A stretch of DNA of 37,702 nt, from positions 1 to 37,702 of the forward strand of contig JAUCBJ010006225.1 of assembly GCA_032718475.1 (NCBI GenBank), given 5' to 3'. This DNA comes from Nemertoderma westbladi. Taxonomy: Eukaryota; Animalia; Xenacoelomorpha. Position numbers and translations under genes: made by a program. The notes below the pieces were generated by a model. That model saw nothing but the letters and a program-made list of their open reading frames with translations, searched no databases and was not told the DNA's origin. Of the stretch, positions 1 through 13,028 are shown piece by piece (the stretch's first letter is position 1; each line of letters opens with the position of its first letter).

Positions 1-2002
1 GAAGCCTAAGAACCAAGGCTCCAACAGTTCAGTACTACTACTGTATGTTGTTACAGAACGGTTTTAATTACCGGTAATTAAAATGTTTCAAAATAATTTT
101 GCGCATGAAGAAAATTATTTTAACAAACAATTTTTGAAAAACAATTGTATTATTGTCAATGTGATGGTAAACAAACATAAAGTCAACATTGCAAATGTTT
201 CCAAACAATATTATACACGGTGAAGGTACTTAAAAATTGCTCTGCATCGGTGTCACTTTGTCACTGTCTAACGTTTGCCATGGTAAAGCCCCCCTCCTCC
301 GCATGCAGGTGCAAGGAGTTAAGGTGGATCCCACTAGGGTGCCAGGGCTATATTTGTGGTGGGAGTAGCGCGGGACAAGGCGATCCTGCATTCTGAGAGC
401 AAACTGGCAGCAGAGCAGTAAACCGACAATGGTAATCACGCATGGTATTGTACTGTAACCTGGAATACCTTGTTGTAGCCAACAGGATACCAGCAAATCA
501 GCAGTTACACGTTGTCAAGGTGACATGTGTGTTATGGATACTGGCTACACGAAACACATGATTAATCCAAAATGGGGCCTGGCTAAAGTTATTAGTTAGT
601 CCTATTAGTGCTACGCCATAATATAACACCATCTCCGTGTATAATTTCGCTATTAAAGTTACTAAAGTGTAGAAAATACACCACTTGGAATGAATCGAAT
701 GAGCAGCAATGAGCCAAACAATTTAACATATAAACATCAAAAGCTCAATATTTAATTAATTGTTTACTATAGGTTACCAATCGCATCAACCGGAGATAAT
801 CAACTTCTGAAAAATTATAACTCTGTTGAAAAACACAAATTAATTTAGATCAAATTATTTAGCGGAGCGCGGTGGTTTTGTTTGTATGGGGTGTCATACA
901 GTAATTTAGATAAGCTTGTAGCTTCGAACTTTTTTATATTAAAATTTGGTCGCTGTATCCTTCTCATTTACTTAAATTTCCACGAGAAAACATTCAAATG
1001 CAATCAATGTGTTCTTCACTTTCTCTTTATTGTTTTGGGTAGAATAGTCTGCAACTATTAATTGTAGGCCTACTCTGTTATTGTCCGTAATAATAATTTA
1101 TAAATGAACCTGTTCCGTTGCAGTTTTGTATGACGTGTGTTTATCCACTTTCCAATGGTATGCCAGGGCCAATGCCAACAGCAACAGTCACAGTCCAGTA
1201 AGATTGGAGTACATTTTTTTTTACTACACGGCCTTTTATTTTAATAAGTTGTTTTATTCACTTGTGAAGATCCGGCCATGGTGATGTTTCCTAGCAACCA
1301 CCATGCTTTGCTGTACACAAAATCAGCTGATTATATTGATCTGTACAGAACTATAAATACTAAAAATATTGAACTTTGCTGTTGTTGTTATAATTACACA
1401 TTCCGTTTTTTTAAGTGTGTGACCCTTTCAAATTTCGAAATTGTCTTATTCTTATAATAAATTATACTGTAACACATTTATGCTACCGGTACGGCACGCA
1501 CCGCATATCAGATTAGTGGACCCCAAAATTAACTTTTGTACACCATACCGGTAATTATTGCCATTTTGGATTTTGTCGGTTTTTTACCAGCCAGTAGTGT
1601 TGTAAAAAAAACTTATTAACGTTCCTTCAGTAACCTTAATTTGGGATTAGATAGGCCTATAATTGGCCTGACGAAACCATATAATAATATCCATGCCGAC
1701 ATTAAGCCTATTTAATATTGTATGCCATTTAATTAGCTTTATTAAAGTATTTGGTAAGGGCTTCTGCAGTTCTGGTCGCCAGTCTTTGAATCTTGAAAGC
1801 TTTTATGTCAATAAGAACTGTCTGCCTAAACATGCCGACAATGAAATTAACTAACATTTGTACGTGGCTGTACCACACCCATTCACACTTGATTATGTTA
1901 TATTTATATATAACATTATAATAAAATACCTATTATAATAACAACTATCAATATATGAGATAACGTCTTTTAATTTATACGAATTATATAAAAACGCTAG
2001 AA

Positions 2003-4672
2003 ATGGCTGAGTATGTGCGGGATGTTGACAATCTCGACAATGTTTTCGACAAATATTTGGTTGATTTGAAGCCGTACGTCCTTGGACTAACGGACCAAAC
2101 AGAGCGACAGCGCGCCGCTCTCTGGGTGAAAAAACTCTGCGAACCGCTGCCAGCGGGAATAACCAGTCGGTTAACCCGTAACCAACACGCGTCCGCCCTG
2201 CTTGCGATGCTGCGTCGTGGGCAGTTTGAAGGCCCCTTCCTCGCGCGCCCCACCCCCGGACTGCTGCCCAGTCTACCGAAGCGGTTAGTCGGGCCGCCCC
2301 CGCTCGAGTCTCATTACGGACTGGCCAACCCGGGGATAGACACCAGCAAACCGGCACCCGATTGGGTGGAGCACGAACTATGGCAACGTCACATCGGTGG
2401 CGGAGACTCCGCCGAAGAGAGACTCGTGTTCCAAAACTCCACGGAATTATCCCATCGATCGAGTTATTCGGCGTCTCAGTTCTCCTCTGCGGCGCCTCAG
2501 TATACGCACGTCCCGTTGCCCCCCTACCAGGAGCGTCCTCGTAGTCATAGCAACCACAGCGCCCCGGGCAATGAGGATCTCCACTGGCAGTCGAAACTCC
2601 ATGAAGAACGTATCAAAATGCAGCAGTTTTTAGACGGAGAAGTTCAAAAAATATTGAGAAGGAAAAACGAAGAGTTGGATAAAATGAAAGATGATTATAA
2701 TAAAAAAGTATTTTCTACGGAGCAAACGATAGTTGAGCTGGAAGGAAAATTACGAGAGTTGGTAACGGAGGGTGATAATATGAGGCAATCGGCTGAGAAA
2801 CAGGTGGTTGAGACGAGGGGCAGGTGTGAGGAAGAAAAACGTGAGATCAGGGAGAAACATGATAAACTGATGGAAGAGTTGGAGAGAAGATTGCAAGGGG
2901 AGAATAGGGAGTTGAGTAGAAGTCACAAGGAGGATCTTAGTCATGTTGTTGGGGAAACTAATAGTCGGTTACAGCGGATGGAGGAGGAATATTTAGGGCA
3001 TCAAAAGAGCTTGAGTGGCGTCATAACAGAATTGGAGAGTAAAATTAAAGGTATGGAACAACAAGCGATGAAGTACAAGGAGGCTGAGATTGAGGCTGAT
3101 AAAGCTAAGAGGGAGGGAGAGCACCGCATGGCGATGGTTACTAATGATCTGGAGATCGCTCAAGGAAAGTGTAAAAGTCTGGAAGAAACTCATTACAAGG
3201 CTATGCAGAACCACGATCAAACTACTAAACAAATGAGAGCTAAATTCGAGGCTAAAATCTCCTTATTAGAGAAAGATTATGAGGTTGTTGTGAAAGATCT
3301 TAGGAATAAAGTCGAAGAGTTGCAACATGAAGTCAAAGCTAAAGACGAATATATACAAGAAATATGTTCTGAGAAACAAAGACTTATTGTTCAGATGCAA
3401 AACGATTTTGATACAGATAAACTTCATTTAAATTATCACCACGAACAGAAAACACTAGAATTAGAGAAGGAAAAAGAAGATTTAGAGAGGAACTTACGGT
3501 CGTCAGTTGCGCGCCTGGAAGTTGGTATTATTGAGAAAGATAAAGAACTCAAAGTTACTGTGGAGAAGTCGAAAGTCCACAGAGAGAAGTTGCTTCGAGA
3601 GAACAGCGAAGAAATGAGTAACATACGAGAGAAAGCGAATAAGCGGATAGATAATCTCAGGAGAGAGTTAGAGATATCACGGGACGAGATACAACACGGG
3701 AAGAAATCCCGAGATAAGTTGACTCACGACTTCGATCGGAAGTTGAGGAACGTCGAGAAGGGATACGAGGCCAGTTCCCACGAACAACGAATAAAATTTG
3801 AGCAGAAGAAAACGTCGATGCTCGACAATTTCCATAAAGAACGCGAGAGAACGCAGAGAAACCACGAGAAAGCTATTCGGGAGATCAGCGAGAAACTGGA
3901 GGAGACTCTGGCTGGAGTGGAGAGGAGCGTAGTGGAGGACAAAACGAAGCATCATAAACATGTGGAGAGTCTGCAGAGGAACATTGCGAGTCTAAAGGGG
4001 GAGTTGGTGGAGGCTGACTGTCTGAGGAAACAGCAGCTGGTAGAGTTAGGAGTCCTTAGGGAAGAGGAGAGAAGTCGGTTACAGGAGGAACGAGAGGCTG
4101 AAATCAAAGAGTTGAGGACGGAACTTAGTCGGGAGAAGCAGCGGCAGGAAGAGGAACACGCCGTTACCGTGAATAAAGCGATGAGTTCGGTCAATGATAA
4201 GGTTGATTCGTTGGAGGAGCATTACAAGCAGAGAGTCAACGAGGTTGTGGACAAAGAGAAATCGTTAAAAGACGAGATAACGCGCCTGAGAGATCAAGTC
4301 AGCGTCACTAAGAACGAGTTGGTTGACTCTCTCACTCACAATGAGGTCGAGCAGGAGGCCTTGAAGAAACAGACGCAGCGCGAGGTGAGAGCCTTAAGGC
4401 AGGAGTTGGAGTTCGCTCAGACGAAGAACCGAACTCTGGAGTTGGATGCGAGAGAGGCAGAGGCCGATCATCAGCAGGCCCTGACGGAGGTTATGTTCAA
4501 TTACGCGAACAAAATGAAGTCAATGATGCCGCTAGCGATGCAAGATGAATTGGAGGACACTATTAGATCGTTGAGAAGTCAAATAAACATGTTGCAACAA
4601 AAGGCGAGTTTAGTGAAGACCCACAGATCCGATGATGACTCCAGATTATATGGCGGTGTGTCGCCAAGATAA
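2003..4672 (+). CDS. CEP112: Centrosomal protein of 112 kDa (CEP112/CCDC46) ortholog, single-exon CDS, 889 aa
   Basis: The N-terminus (LDNVFDKYLVDLKPYVLGL..ERQRAALWVKKLCEP...LLAMLRRGQFEGPF..RP.PG.L) matches the DUF4485 domain of CEP112 as I recall it. A long coiled coil follows, with RKQQLVELGVLREEE and C-terminal MPLAMQDELEDTIRSLRSQINMLQQKAS typical of CEP112. The ORF is uninterrupted from ATG to TAA; AATAAA lies at ~4996. Confidence 0.93.
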   Translation: MAEYVRDVDNLDNVFDKYLVDLKPYVLGLTDQTERQRAALWVKKLCEPLPAGITSRLTRNQHASALLAMLRRGQFEGPFLARPTPGLLPSLPKRLVGPPPLESHYGLANPGIDTSKPAPDWVEHELWQRHIGGGDSAEERLVFQNSTELSHRSSYSASQFSSAAPQYTHVPLPPYQERPRSHSNHSAPGNEDLHWQSKLHEERIKMQQFLDGEVQKILRRKNEELDKMKDDYNKKVFSTEQTIVELEGKLRELVTEGDNMRQSAEKQVVETRGRCEEEKREIREKHDKLMEELERRLQGENRELSRSHKEDLSHVVGETNSRLQRMEEEYLGHQKSLSGVITELESKIKGMEQQAMKYKEAEIEADKAKREGEHRMAMVTNDLEIAQGKCKSLEETHYKAMQNHDQTTKQMRAKFEAKISLLEKDYEVVVKDLRNKVEELQHEVKAKDEYIQEICSEKQRLIVQMQNDFDTDKLHLNYHHEQKTLELEKEKEDLERNLRSSVARLEVGIIEKDKELKVTVEKSKVHREKLLRENSEEMSNIREKANKRIDNLRRELEISRDEIQHGKKSRDKLTHDFDRKLRNVEKGYEASSHEQRIKFEQKKTSMLDNFHKERERTQRNHEKAIREISEKLEETLAGVERSVVEDKTKHHKHVESLQRNIASLKGELVEADCLRKQQLVELGVLREEERSRLQEEREAEIKELRTELSREKQRQEEEHAVTVNKAMSSVNDKVDSLEEHYKQRVNEVVDKEKSLKDEITRLRDQVSVTKNELVDSLTHNEVEQEALKKQTQREVRALRQELEFAQTKNRTLELDAREAEADHQQALTEVMFNYANKMKSMMPLAMQDELEDTIRSLRSQINMLQQKASLVKTHRSDDDSRLYGGVSPR

Positions 4673-5129
4673 AGTTCTTTCTAACGTCGTTACTTTAATG
4701 CAAGCTACTGCCATTACTTATTTTTTTCAAATTATGATATTTAGTTATTAATTTTATATTTAAGTCTATGAAGCAACGAATTAGAATTAACTATTGGATA
4801 CAGTAGTGATACTACTATTGCAAGAACCGAACGTTATACAATTACGTTACGATAGACAGTGCTGTAGTTTATCAATTGTTGTTCTTATTTTGCTAATTTC
4901 CGCGACAACTTAAACCCTCGAATTCGCAAACTTTGGTTTATTTGATATATAGTACTTCTGTTTATTTATTATGTTTTAAATTTTTCATTTTTATAAATAA
5001 AACTTTAATAAACTTTAAATTAAAACTAGATGGAAGTAAAGTTTGATTTTGTATCAGTTAACGTACTTTTAACTGTAATATGTTATTCGCAATTTAGAAT
5101 ATTACTATATTTTCAACTATGTTCATTCA

Positions 5130-5850
5130 GCCTTAACCTTGGTGGTTGGTTGGCTTTTCCTCCCAGTGAGCAGGTTTATTGATTTCCATGCCTGTGCTGA
5201 TTGCCTGCTATCATCAGCATTGTTAATGGCATCAACCTGCTTATTGCTAAGCTCCTTCAGATTATCAGAGTAATGCCTGTTAAAGGACCTAGATGCAGCC
5301 TTACCTGCACCCTTGGCTGTCCTAGTGTGCCCGAGTCGGCGGCACTCATTCTGCGCCTTAAGGTCATTTCGGCACTTCCGAATTCTGTGTTCAGTCCAGG
5401 GGGCCTTTTTTCATGTTTCGAGAGTATACTGGAACTGTTTTCTGCAGCTTGTATAAACTTAACTGCTCCTGTATTTCCTACGAAACAGGATATGGTCTAT
5501 CTGGGACTTGTGACCACTGGGTCCACTATGAGTCCATAGCTTTCCAGTTCGCTTCTTGAACTGGGTTCCAGCCGAAAACAATCCATTTCCAGAGATAAAA
5601 TCCTGAAGATGGACAGAATTTCGGTTAACACTATTGCTATAGACCCAGGGCGAGGACTCATTCTGCCCAAGTTTCCCACCTTGAGAAACTTCTTAGCCAG
5701 TCTTCCAGAACATGAGAAGTGGCAACGGATGATGCGGTTAGAGATTTGGTCTATTTTGGCCAATGCTGCATGTGCAGTTGGATTCATCAATAAACCAATT
5801 CCACCGTTGTCACTTCATATGTTGAGGGCAAGTCACCAACCGCCCCCATG
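5130..5850 (-). mobile_element. Degenerate RTE-clade LINE fragment (endonuclease and linker region)
   Basis: The minus strand reads GGIGLLMNPTAHAALAKIDQISNRIIRCHFS (RTE APE-endonuclease-like). Near 5130-5215 it reads DSRQSAQAWKSINLLTGRKSQPTTKVK, nearly identical to DSRQSSQTWKSINMLTGRK in the + strand LINE at ~8330. The reading frame is broken. Confidence 0.7.
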
Positions 5851-5858
5851 ACCTTAAA

Positions 5859-5885
<27 letters not shown>
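5859..5885. repeat. Poly-G tract (~27 nt)
   Basis: Homopolymer run seen directly. Similar poly-C runs lie at ~24150-24168, ~24342-24365 and ~36586-36607. Confidence 0.9.
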
Positions 5886-5889
<4 letters not shown>

Positions 5890-6379
5890 CCCTCCTGGTT
5901 TTTTTTAATTTGTTTTTATTTGCAATGTGGTTGAAAAATGCATAGAAAACTATATACCATCGAAAAGAGAATGAACTAAAATAAATAAAAATTTGTGATA
6001 ATTTTGTGAAAAAATGTAATTCGGAGATATCATTCAAAGCACAAACTTTCCCGCGCAAAATTGCCTGTATGGGGTCTGGTTGGTTAATAGTGTCTGACAT
6101 GAAGGAAGCACACCACCGAGCTAAAATTATTTATAAGGGGGTTTTCGGGGCGCTGATTTCATTTCCGATGTCAGTTTTAATATTTGGTGAAATTTAGACT
6201 GTCCGTCGGTCGGTTGTCTGTGGATATATTAAAGGGGAGGGGGGGCTCATCAGTCTCTCCAGTCCACATTCGATGCTCTTGAATACCCACTGCGCTAAGG
6301 CAAAGCTTATCTGCCATTGAGAGTCCGCTCGCCTTGTCGCATTGGCATTGGTAAGGGACTCACAGAATAGTTGGCCGCT

Positions 6380-7352
6380 TTGTTATCGTGGCTTAGAGCT
6401 TGTAGAATACCAAAAGTAATTGTCGCTGGCATTGTTTTGTTATATTATGAGACAAAGCCAGGTAATCTCTCCAGATGGTGAAACCGAGTTCTTATCAATC
6501 CTGGGTGGCTGCTGCAAGGTGACACATCAGCACCATTACTGTTTGTAATTGTGCTGGATTACGCAATGAGGACGGCCACAAAGGGTGAAGATCTGGGATT
6601 CACGCCCCAAGAACGCAGAAGTAGTAGATATCCGGCAACTACAGTCACAGACACCGACTTTGCGGATGACATCGCCCTGCTTTCTAATACGCTAGTAGAT
6701 ACACAGCTTCTACTAAATAAAGTGGAGAGGGCTGCTAAGGAGGTTAGATTGTACATAAATGCTACCAAGATGACACACTAAGGAAGGTTGACGACTTCCA
6801 GTACCTCGAGTCATGGATAGAGAGTAGCAAAAAGGACATAGAAGTTAGGAAAGCAAAGACTTGGGTAGCTCTATCAAAAATGGATACCATCTGGAAATCA
6901 GATCTCTCCAGGCACCTGAAGACTAAGTTCTTTCGAGCGACAGTGGAAAGTGTACTTTTGTTCGGAGGTGAGACCGGGACACTGACGAAATCACTTGAAC
7001 AACGAATTGATGGTTGCAACACAAGACTACTAAGGGCAGCCCTAAACATCAGCTGGAGACAACACATGACAAACGCCGAACTTTATGGTACAATACCACC
7101 TGTATCAACCACCCTCCGTGAACGCAGATTACGATTCAGTCGGCACTGCTGGAGAAGTAAACATCACGTTATACCATAGACCCACTTTTCTGGCAACCAA
7201 CACAAGGAAAGCACAGCTGTACGCTTTGGCAAATATAGAGCAACTTGAAAGAAATACTGGACTTGGAAGAATCGTAATTGCGACAACTATGGAGAATCGG
7301 AAAGCTTGGCTGGAAGGATCTTATCCGAGCTCGTTTGACCTATTAGTTTAGT
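6380..7352 (+). mobile_element. Degenerate 5'-truncated RTE-clade LINE (reverse transcriptase C-terminal half)
   Basis: Frameshifted pieces read LQGDTSAPLLFVIVLDYAMR, TDTDFADDIALLSN (RT [Y/F]ADD), FQYLESWI, KTKFFRATVESVLLFGGET and LRAALNISWRQHMTNAELYG...RERRLRFSRHCWR. They end in a short TTAG/TAG-like tail. Confidence 0.85.
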
Positions 7353-8136
7353 AGCAATATGCATATACGTAAAAGGCAACACGCGGACACTATGAAAAAG
7401 AACAACAACCTACACAATAAGAAGGCTTTTACCTGTACTAGTCTGGTATATTTCACCCAGCAAACTGTAAGTTATGAGAAATCCATCGTCGATAATTTAG
7501 CCTTTGGCTAAAACGTCGTGGTAATTAATGACTGGCTCTAGTGCTATTATATCTTGCTTGCGAAGCACATTGCTGTTAGACTACAGTATCTTATTCTTCG
7601 ACCATCAAACCAAAGTTCGCCTGTGTTCCAATTTTTTATTACAGATCTATCTTTTCTATTCATTATTCTCAGAACAAAGGCTTATGCAGTTACGTTACAT
7701 TGTTTTGCTTTAATCAGGTGCGCGATATAGATATAACGGCAAATAACTGGTATGTTTGTAGATAATATTTGCTTTAATTACATAATCAATCTGATAAGTC
7801 TTAAACGCAGATGCATTAGGATAAAGGTTAAAAATAATGGACCATAATCATTTCCATGATAAATAAATCTTATTGCTGATATATGAAGGGTAAATATTTC
7901 ATAAGGTATTCAATTACATATTACTATATCTTTGAATAATAAATTTGTAAACAAAGTGTACAATGCATCACGTACAGTATGCAGTAAAGGATTTATATTG
8001 TATTAGGGTGTCGAACAGACTATAAGCCCCGGTTCAGAGGGTACACTGCAATCCTTGCCCGAGAGAAAGCTTCGCCCGCGTCCATCTTCTCCCTCAAAAT
8101 GCCTGCTTTCCTGTTAACAACGCCGTCACTGTAACA

Positions 8137-8230
8137 TACTCCTTTCCCCTGAATTGGTAACAACATCGTTTACTGTTTTGGTTAGAAAAAGCCGTCTCTG
8201 AAACCTGCTACTTTCCCTCAATTGGTAACA
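8137..8230 (-). repeat. Copy of the dispersed 'AGCAGGTTACAGAGGCGG..TTCTAACCAAAACAATAAAC' repeat family
   Basis: The reverse complement matches the module repeated at 16180-16660. Confidence 0.65.
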
Positions 8231-8289
8231 ATTGCTTGTTGATTAACAGAGTACTGCCTGAACAGGCAGTACTCTGTTATTATTCAGGA

Positions 8290-9720
8290 GCTTTTAACCA
8301 ACAGGTAGATGCCACCAATGATGCCGACGACAGCAGGCAATCATCCCAGACATGGAAATCGATCAACATGCTTACTGGGCGGAAAACCAACCAACCACCA
8401 TGGTTAAGGCAGAATCACCAGCCGATCGCCTCAATGGTGGGAAGGCCCACTTTGAAAAGCTCCTCAATAATGACAGTGTATTGTCCGATAACTTTATAGA
8501 AGTAAAAGTGTTTGATTTTGTACTCCCATATATTCCCATTGGCGATATCTCCTTTGCAGAAGTGAAGGCTGCTGCAAAGAGCAATAATACCAATCGTGCC
8601 AGTGGAGTAGATGGTGTTCCCCCTGAGGTCTCTAAAATTTAAAGCTCATTTATCCCATCATAGTAGACATGTACAGAACGACAAAAGTCCCTCAAGAAGT
8701 GAAAACAAATAAGTTGGTGCCAGTTCCCAAGAAAGGCAACCTAACACTCTATGGTTCTTTTCGGGGAATCTCATTGATCTCGATTGCTGCAAAGCTATAC
8801 AATAGAATTATATTAAATCGCATCAGGGTTACATCACGAAGACTACTCCGTGGAAATCAGAATGGGTTCCGTAAAGGTCGGGAGACCGTGGAGCCCATTT
8901 TGGCACTTAGAAGGATAATTGAAGAGTTATCAAAAAAGAAAGACAGGCATCTGGCTGTTATCTTTGTTGACTTCTTCAAGGCCTTTGATTCAGTCTCTCG
9001 CTCACGTATGTTCAGCATACTTTCATTATATGGGATTCCTGATGAAATTATTGCAGCAATCAGATCAGTATACGATGGTTCGTCGACATTTCTGTCTAAT
9101 GTTAACGGTGACACAGAACAATTTGAAGTGTTATGGGGCGTCCTCCAAGGAGACACACTTGCGCCATTCTTGTTCATAATTGTGGTTGACTGACTATGTT
9201 CAACGCATGTCCTTAGATCATCATAATTATGAGCTGGAAACTTAGGAGTACTCTCAGAATCATTAGAGGGAGCCCAACGGCTCCTCAGCTCATTAGAACA
9301 GGCTTCTTCTAGTGTTGGTCTTTTTATTAACTCTAAAAAGACCAAAATTTTGACAGTTAACTTTGAAAGTCCTCAGCAAGTCTCTGACTGGATGAGCATA
9401 AGCTCAAAGGATGGAATGCTTGAGCATGTGGACGACTTCTGTTACCTGGGATCATGGATCCGGAATTCAGGTGAGGACCTTCGAATACGTAAGCGTAAGG
9501 GAAAGGCATGGGCAGCCTTGAATGGTCTTTCCAGGGTTTGGAAGTCACATAGAATTCATCGGAGACTTAAGGTCCGATTATTTAGAGCAGCAGTAGCTCC
9601 AGTACTCCTCTATGGGAGTCCATGCTGGCGCTGGGCTCTAACTGCTGGGGATACCAATCTCTCTGGATGGCCCATTCACAAGAATGCTACTCCGGGTTCA
9701 CTGTGTCAAGTACAATGCAC
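8290..9720 (+). mobile_element. Degenerate RTE-clade LINE (RT domain, with stops and frameshifts)
   Basis: Motifs include RASGVDGVPPE, VPVPKKGNL..FRGISLISIAAKLYNRIILNRI, NQNGFRKGR, FVDFFKAFDSV, GVLQGDTLAPFLFIIVVD, DDFCYLGSWI and KVRLFRAAVAPVLLYG. The YADD region is corrupted. Confidence 0.9.
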
Positions 9721-10639
9721 ATATATATGTAATATATATATTGCGGCAGCAATGCAACATGCCGATCGTAGTAGTAGTATTGCTTTCCTTCGGGCGAAGG
9801 TTGGACGCGGGCGAAGATTGCACCAAACCGTTCAGAGAGACACGCTACTCTGATATCGATGTGAAAATGTTATTCTCACTTCAATCGCAATCCCAACACT
9901 GTGGTACTTGGTCGCAGCGATGTTATGGTGCGTTCAAAATGCGACGCAATATTTTCAGCTCAAAGTGTCGTTTTTCGTTGGGCACAGCTTAGTAAAGTAG
10001 GAATTAGCGACCAGATTGGATCGAACTGAAAACATACATCACAAATAAAATATTCTCGGAAACGAATGAATGAAAGATAATTTTCGCCCATATTGTTATT
10101 GCAAGTAAGTATTTATTATAGAGGGGTAATTTATGCAAATCATACAGTATGCAGACAAATTCAAATTGATTTCCTATCATTTACGTATATTAGTGTACAT
10201 ATTGATATTCAATGGAAGGAACGTTGATTGTTGTTTACTTTATATATAAGTAGGTCTGAACTATAATGTAATTTGTCAATAAACTACTTCAATGCTTAGA
10301 CTACTATATGAAAGCTGGTTGCTCTTATGTCACACCTAATTCTGCTTCTGAACTAATTGGATTTTTTCTGGGAATGTAGTAGTCAGTGTTAATTGATTGT
10401 TACTCTGTACCCCATTAAACCATTTGTTTATCAATTTGAAGGTGATCATCACGTAAATGTAGGCCTACTACTATATTTCGTTATATCAAAATATTAATAT
10501 GAGCAATATATTACTTATGTAGAAGGTAATAATGGATTAGATAAAGTTGTTGTCATCTTAGATATAAACGATACAGTAGAATATTGGTGTATTTATTTAT
10601 TTATTACAAAATAAGTGAAGGTCTAAGAAAAGTCGAAGG

Positions 10640-12049
10640 ATGAGGATCAGACGGCGAACCGAGAACTCCTTATCTCTGGTCAACAGCGTCATTGAGCTCC
10701 GTCAAGAGAAACTGAATCGCAGACAGATTATCATCATAACCTCGCTCAGCTTCATGGCCTTCTGCGCCAGCACCTGTTTCAGTTTATTGGCGCCTTTCTT
10801 TCCCTACGAAGCCAAACAAAAAGGCGCCTCGGACACCGTGATTGGTCTGCTGTTCGGTTGTTTGGAGCTCGTGATAGTCGTGGCTTCTCCTCTAATAGGG
10901 AAGATACAAAGTAAAATCGGCATTAAATTCACCTACATATCCGGGCTGTTTATAACAGGTTCGTGTATTATTATGTTCGGTTTTGTGTCTCTCGCAGATT
11001 ACGGACTTCAGTTCATAGTAGTTTGCTTCGTTGTTCGGTCTGTGGAAGCGGTCGGTATAGCCGCCTATCTCACCGCGAGTTTCGCTATAATCGCCGCCGA
11101 ATTCCCCACAAAAGTATCCGTTGTATTCGGCATAATGGAGACTTGCAACGGGGTTGGGCTCACCGTGGGGCCCACAATAGGGGGCGCACTGTACGAAGCG
11201 GGAGGCTTTAAACTACCATTCATAGTGCTAGGCGGCGTCACCATACTTTTTGTTGGTATCGGTATCATCACAATAGAGGACGATGCCACGAGATACAGCG
11301 ACAGTCTAATGCCGAGTGGCTCTGAGTCGGGGATGTCTCGATTATTACGGATACCTATAGTCCTTGTGGTTGTCGTCATTATAGCTACGGCTAGTTCCGC
11401 TCTGGCTTTCCTCAATCCGACGCTCTCCCCGCTGCTGGAGGGATTCGATCTGTCTCCAACGCTGATCGGGTTGGTATTCCTCGCTCCCAGCGGCACCTAC
11501 GCTCTGGCTAGCCCTCTCGTTGGTCTGGTTACGGACAGAGGATACCCTCGAGTGTGCATCGTGATCGGATCAGTGTTCGCCGTTCTAGCCTTCTCCCTCT
11601 TGGGCCCAACCCCTTTCCTCAACATCAACCAGCATAAACTCCTTATCATCGTTATATCTCTTACCATGGTTGGTCTGTCTGTCAGCGCTCTCCTTATACC
11701 TACATTCTCGATGCTCCTAACCGCCGCTAAGCGGCGTGGTTTCCCTGATACAGCCAACACATTCTCTCTGATTTCGGGTCTCTTCAACTCCGCCTTTAGT
11801 CTAGGCGCCTTCGGCGGGCCGATACTAATGGGTGGTTACATCTACGAACTCGTTGGATTCCCTTGGGCGTCTACCGCTGTCGGGGGGTCAGTGTTGTTTG
11901 CCATGTTGCTACTAGCGACCCACGACGTGGCAGCGAGGTTGTGTTGTCGCGGGAAGACCATCGTAACCGGTTATAAAATTGCTAATCACTCGAATGTTAA
12001 CTACGATTCCATATCCGAGTCACGTGATGGTCCGACGGGAATTATATAA
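10640..12049 (+). CDS. SLC18B1: MFS-type transporter SLC18B1 (vesicular polyamine transporter family), single-exon CDS, 469 aa
   Basis: About 12 hydrophobic segments. Motifs CFSLLAPFFPYEAKQKGASDTVIGLLFG, AIIAAEFP, ETCNGVGLTVGPTIGGALYEAGGFKLPF and SGLFNSAFSLGAFGGP are characteristic of SLC18B1. AATAAA lies at ~12151. Confidence 0.88.
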   Translation: MRIRRRTENSLSLVNSVIELRQEKLNRRQIIIITSLSFMAFCASTCFSLLAPFFPYEAKQKGASDTVIGLLFGCLELVIVVASPLIGKIQSKIGIKFTYISGLFITGSCIIMFGFVSLADYGLQFIVVCFVVRSVEAVGIAAYLTASFAIIAAEFPTKVSVVFGIMETCNGVGLTVGPTIGGALYEAGGFKLPFIVLGGVTILFVGIGIITIEDDATRYSDSLMPSGSESGMSRLLRIPIVLVVVVIIATASSALAFLNPTLSPLLEGFDLSPTLIGLVFLAPSGTYALASPLVGLVTDRGYPRVCIVIGSVFAVLAFSLLGPTPFLNINQHKLLIIVISLTMVGLSVSALLIPTFSMLLTAAKRRGFPDTANTFSLISGLFNSAFSLGAFGGPILMGGYIYELVGFPWASTAVGGSVLFAMLLLATHDVAARLCCRGKTIVTGYKIANHSNVNYDSISESRDGPTGII

Positions 12050-13028
12050 TGTATTAAACAATCTCATTAATTACGTAACCAACTTATATTGTGTTTTTGT
12101 CCACCTTATTGAGAAGTCTTGCTCAGAGTTTTATACAGTACAGTTAAGTGAATAAAGCGATTAACATTGATGGCATTATCGTTACTAAATAACATTGCAT
12201 CGCTTTGAATATTGTCAAATAAAAGCACCAACTAAAACAACTATTCCTTGTTAATGTCAGAATATGCAGAGAAGCCGTTAGACACCGGATGATCCAGGCC
12301 ATCCACTTCATATCATATAATACCATGGGAGGTAGTCCAACATTCTTGTATCAATATACAGTATACACTATACAGTAGATGGATTTTCGCTACCCATGAG
12401 CAATATCCCTCACTACTAACCCTAACCAAACTTGGAGAATGCAACCACCCATTATGAACAAAACAAAATTCCACACAAATACTTTTGTCTCATTTGTTGT
12501 TACTAAGAATTGTCTAACAAAGTAATTTCTCTATTTATTCCTTTCGCCATGTACACTATATTGTGTGAATGTTTTGTTTAATTTGAACATCACTGCACTT
12601 TATAATTCTGTATTATTTTAGTACATTTTCCCTTTATTATTGTAGGCCTACAAGTATTAGTTCGCAATGCGGCGGCATTAAGCTCGACTCCTGTAAATAC
12701 CGATCGGCAACATTATTGGCATGTAGTTCTAGAACCTAAATTAGCAATACCTATTACCAACTTTATTCTGAAGTCTGACATCCGGGGTTGCGCATAACGC
12801 AGCCACATTCCATTTTATAAAGATGTTTTGCTATTTTATACGGTATATTAGTGTCAATAAATTCAGATGTTTTTTGGAATCATTTTGAGACGTTTTTTTT
12901 TTGTACCAGAATCTATTTATTTTATTCTGATAATGATAACATTCGACCGTTTTTACGTTTTTGGGATGTTTTCTGACCCAGTTCTTCAGTCTGAAATAAC
13001 TTGGGAATTAACATCCCAAAAATCGGTC

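Noticed and set aside
230-496. 88-aa minus-strand ORF in a slightly GC-richer patch
   Set aside because: No recognisable motif and a non-ATG start.
5859-5885. Poly-G/poly-C tracts as functional G-quadruplexes
   Set aside because: Homopolymer lengths are unreliable, and the tracts lie in repeat-derived intergenic DNA with no other support.
6245-6255. CTGATGAG on the minus strand as a hammerhead core
   Set aside because: No stem II or GAAA partner at a suitable distance.
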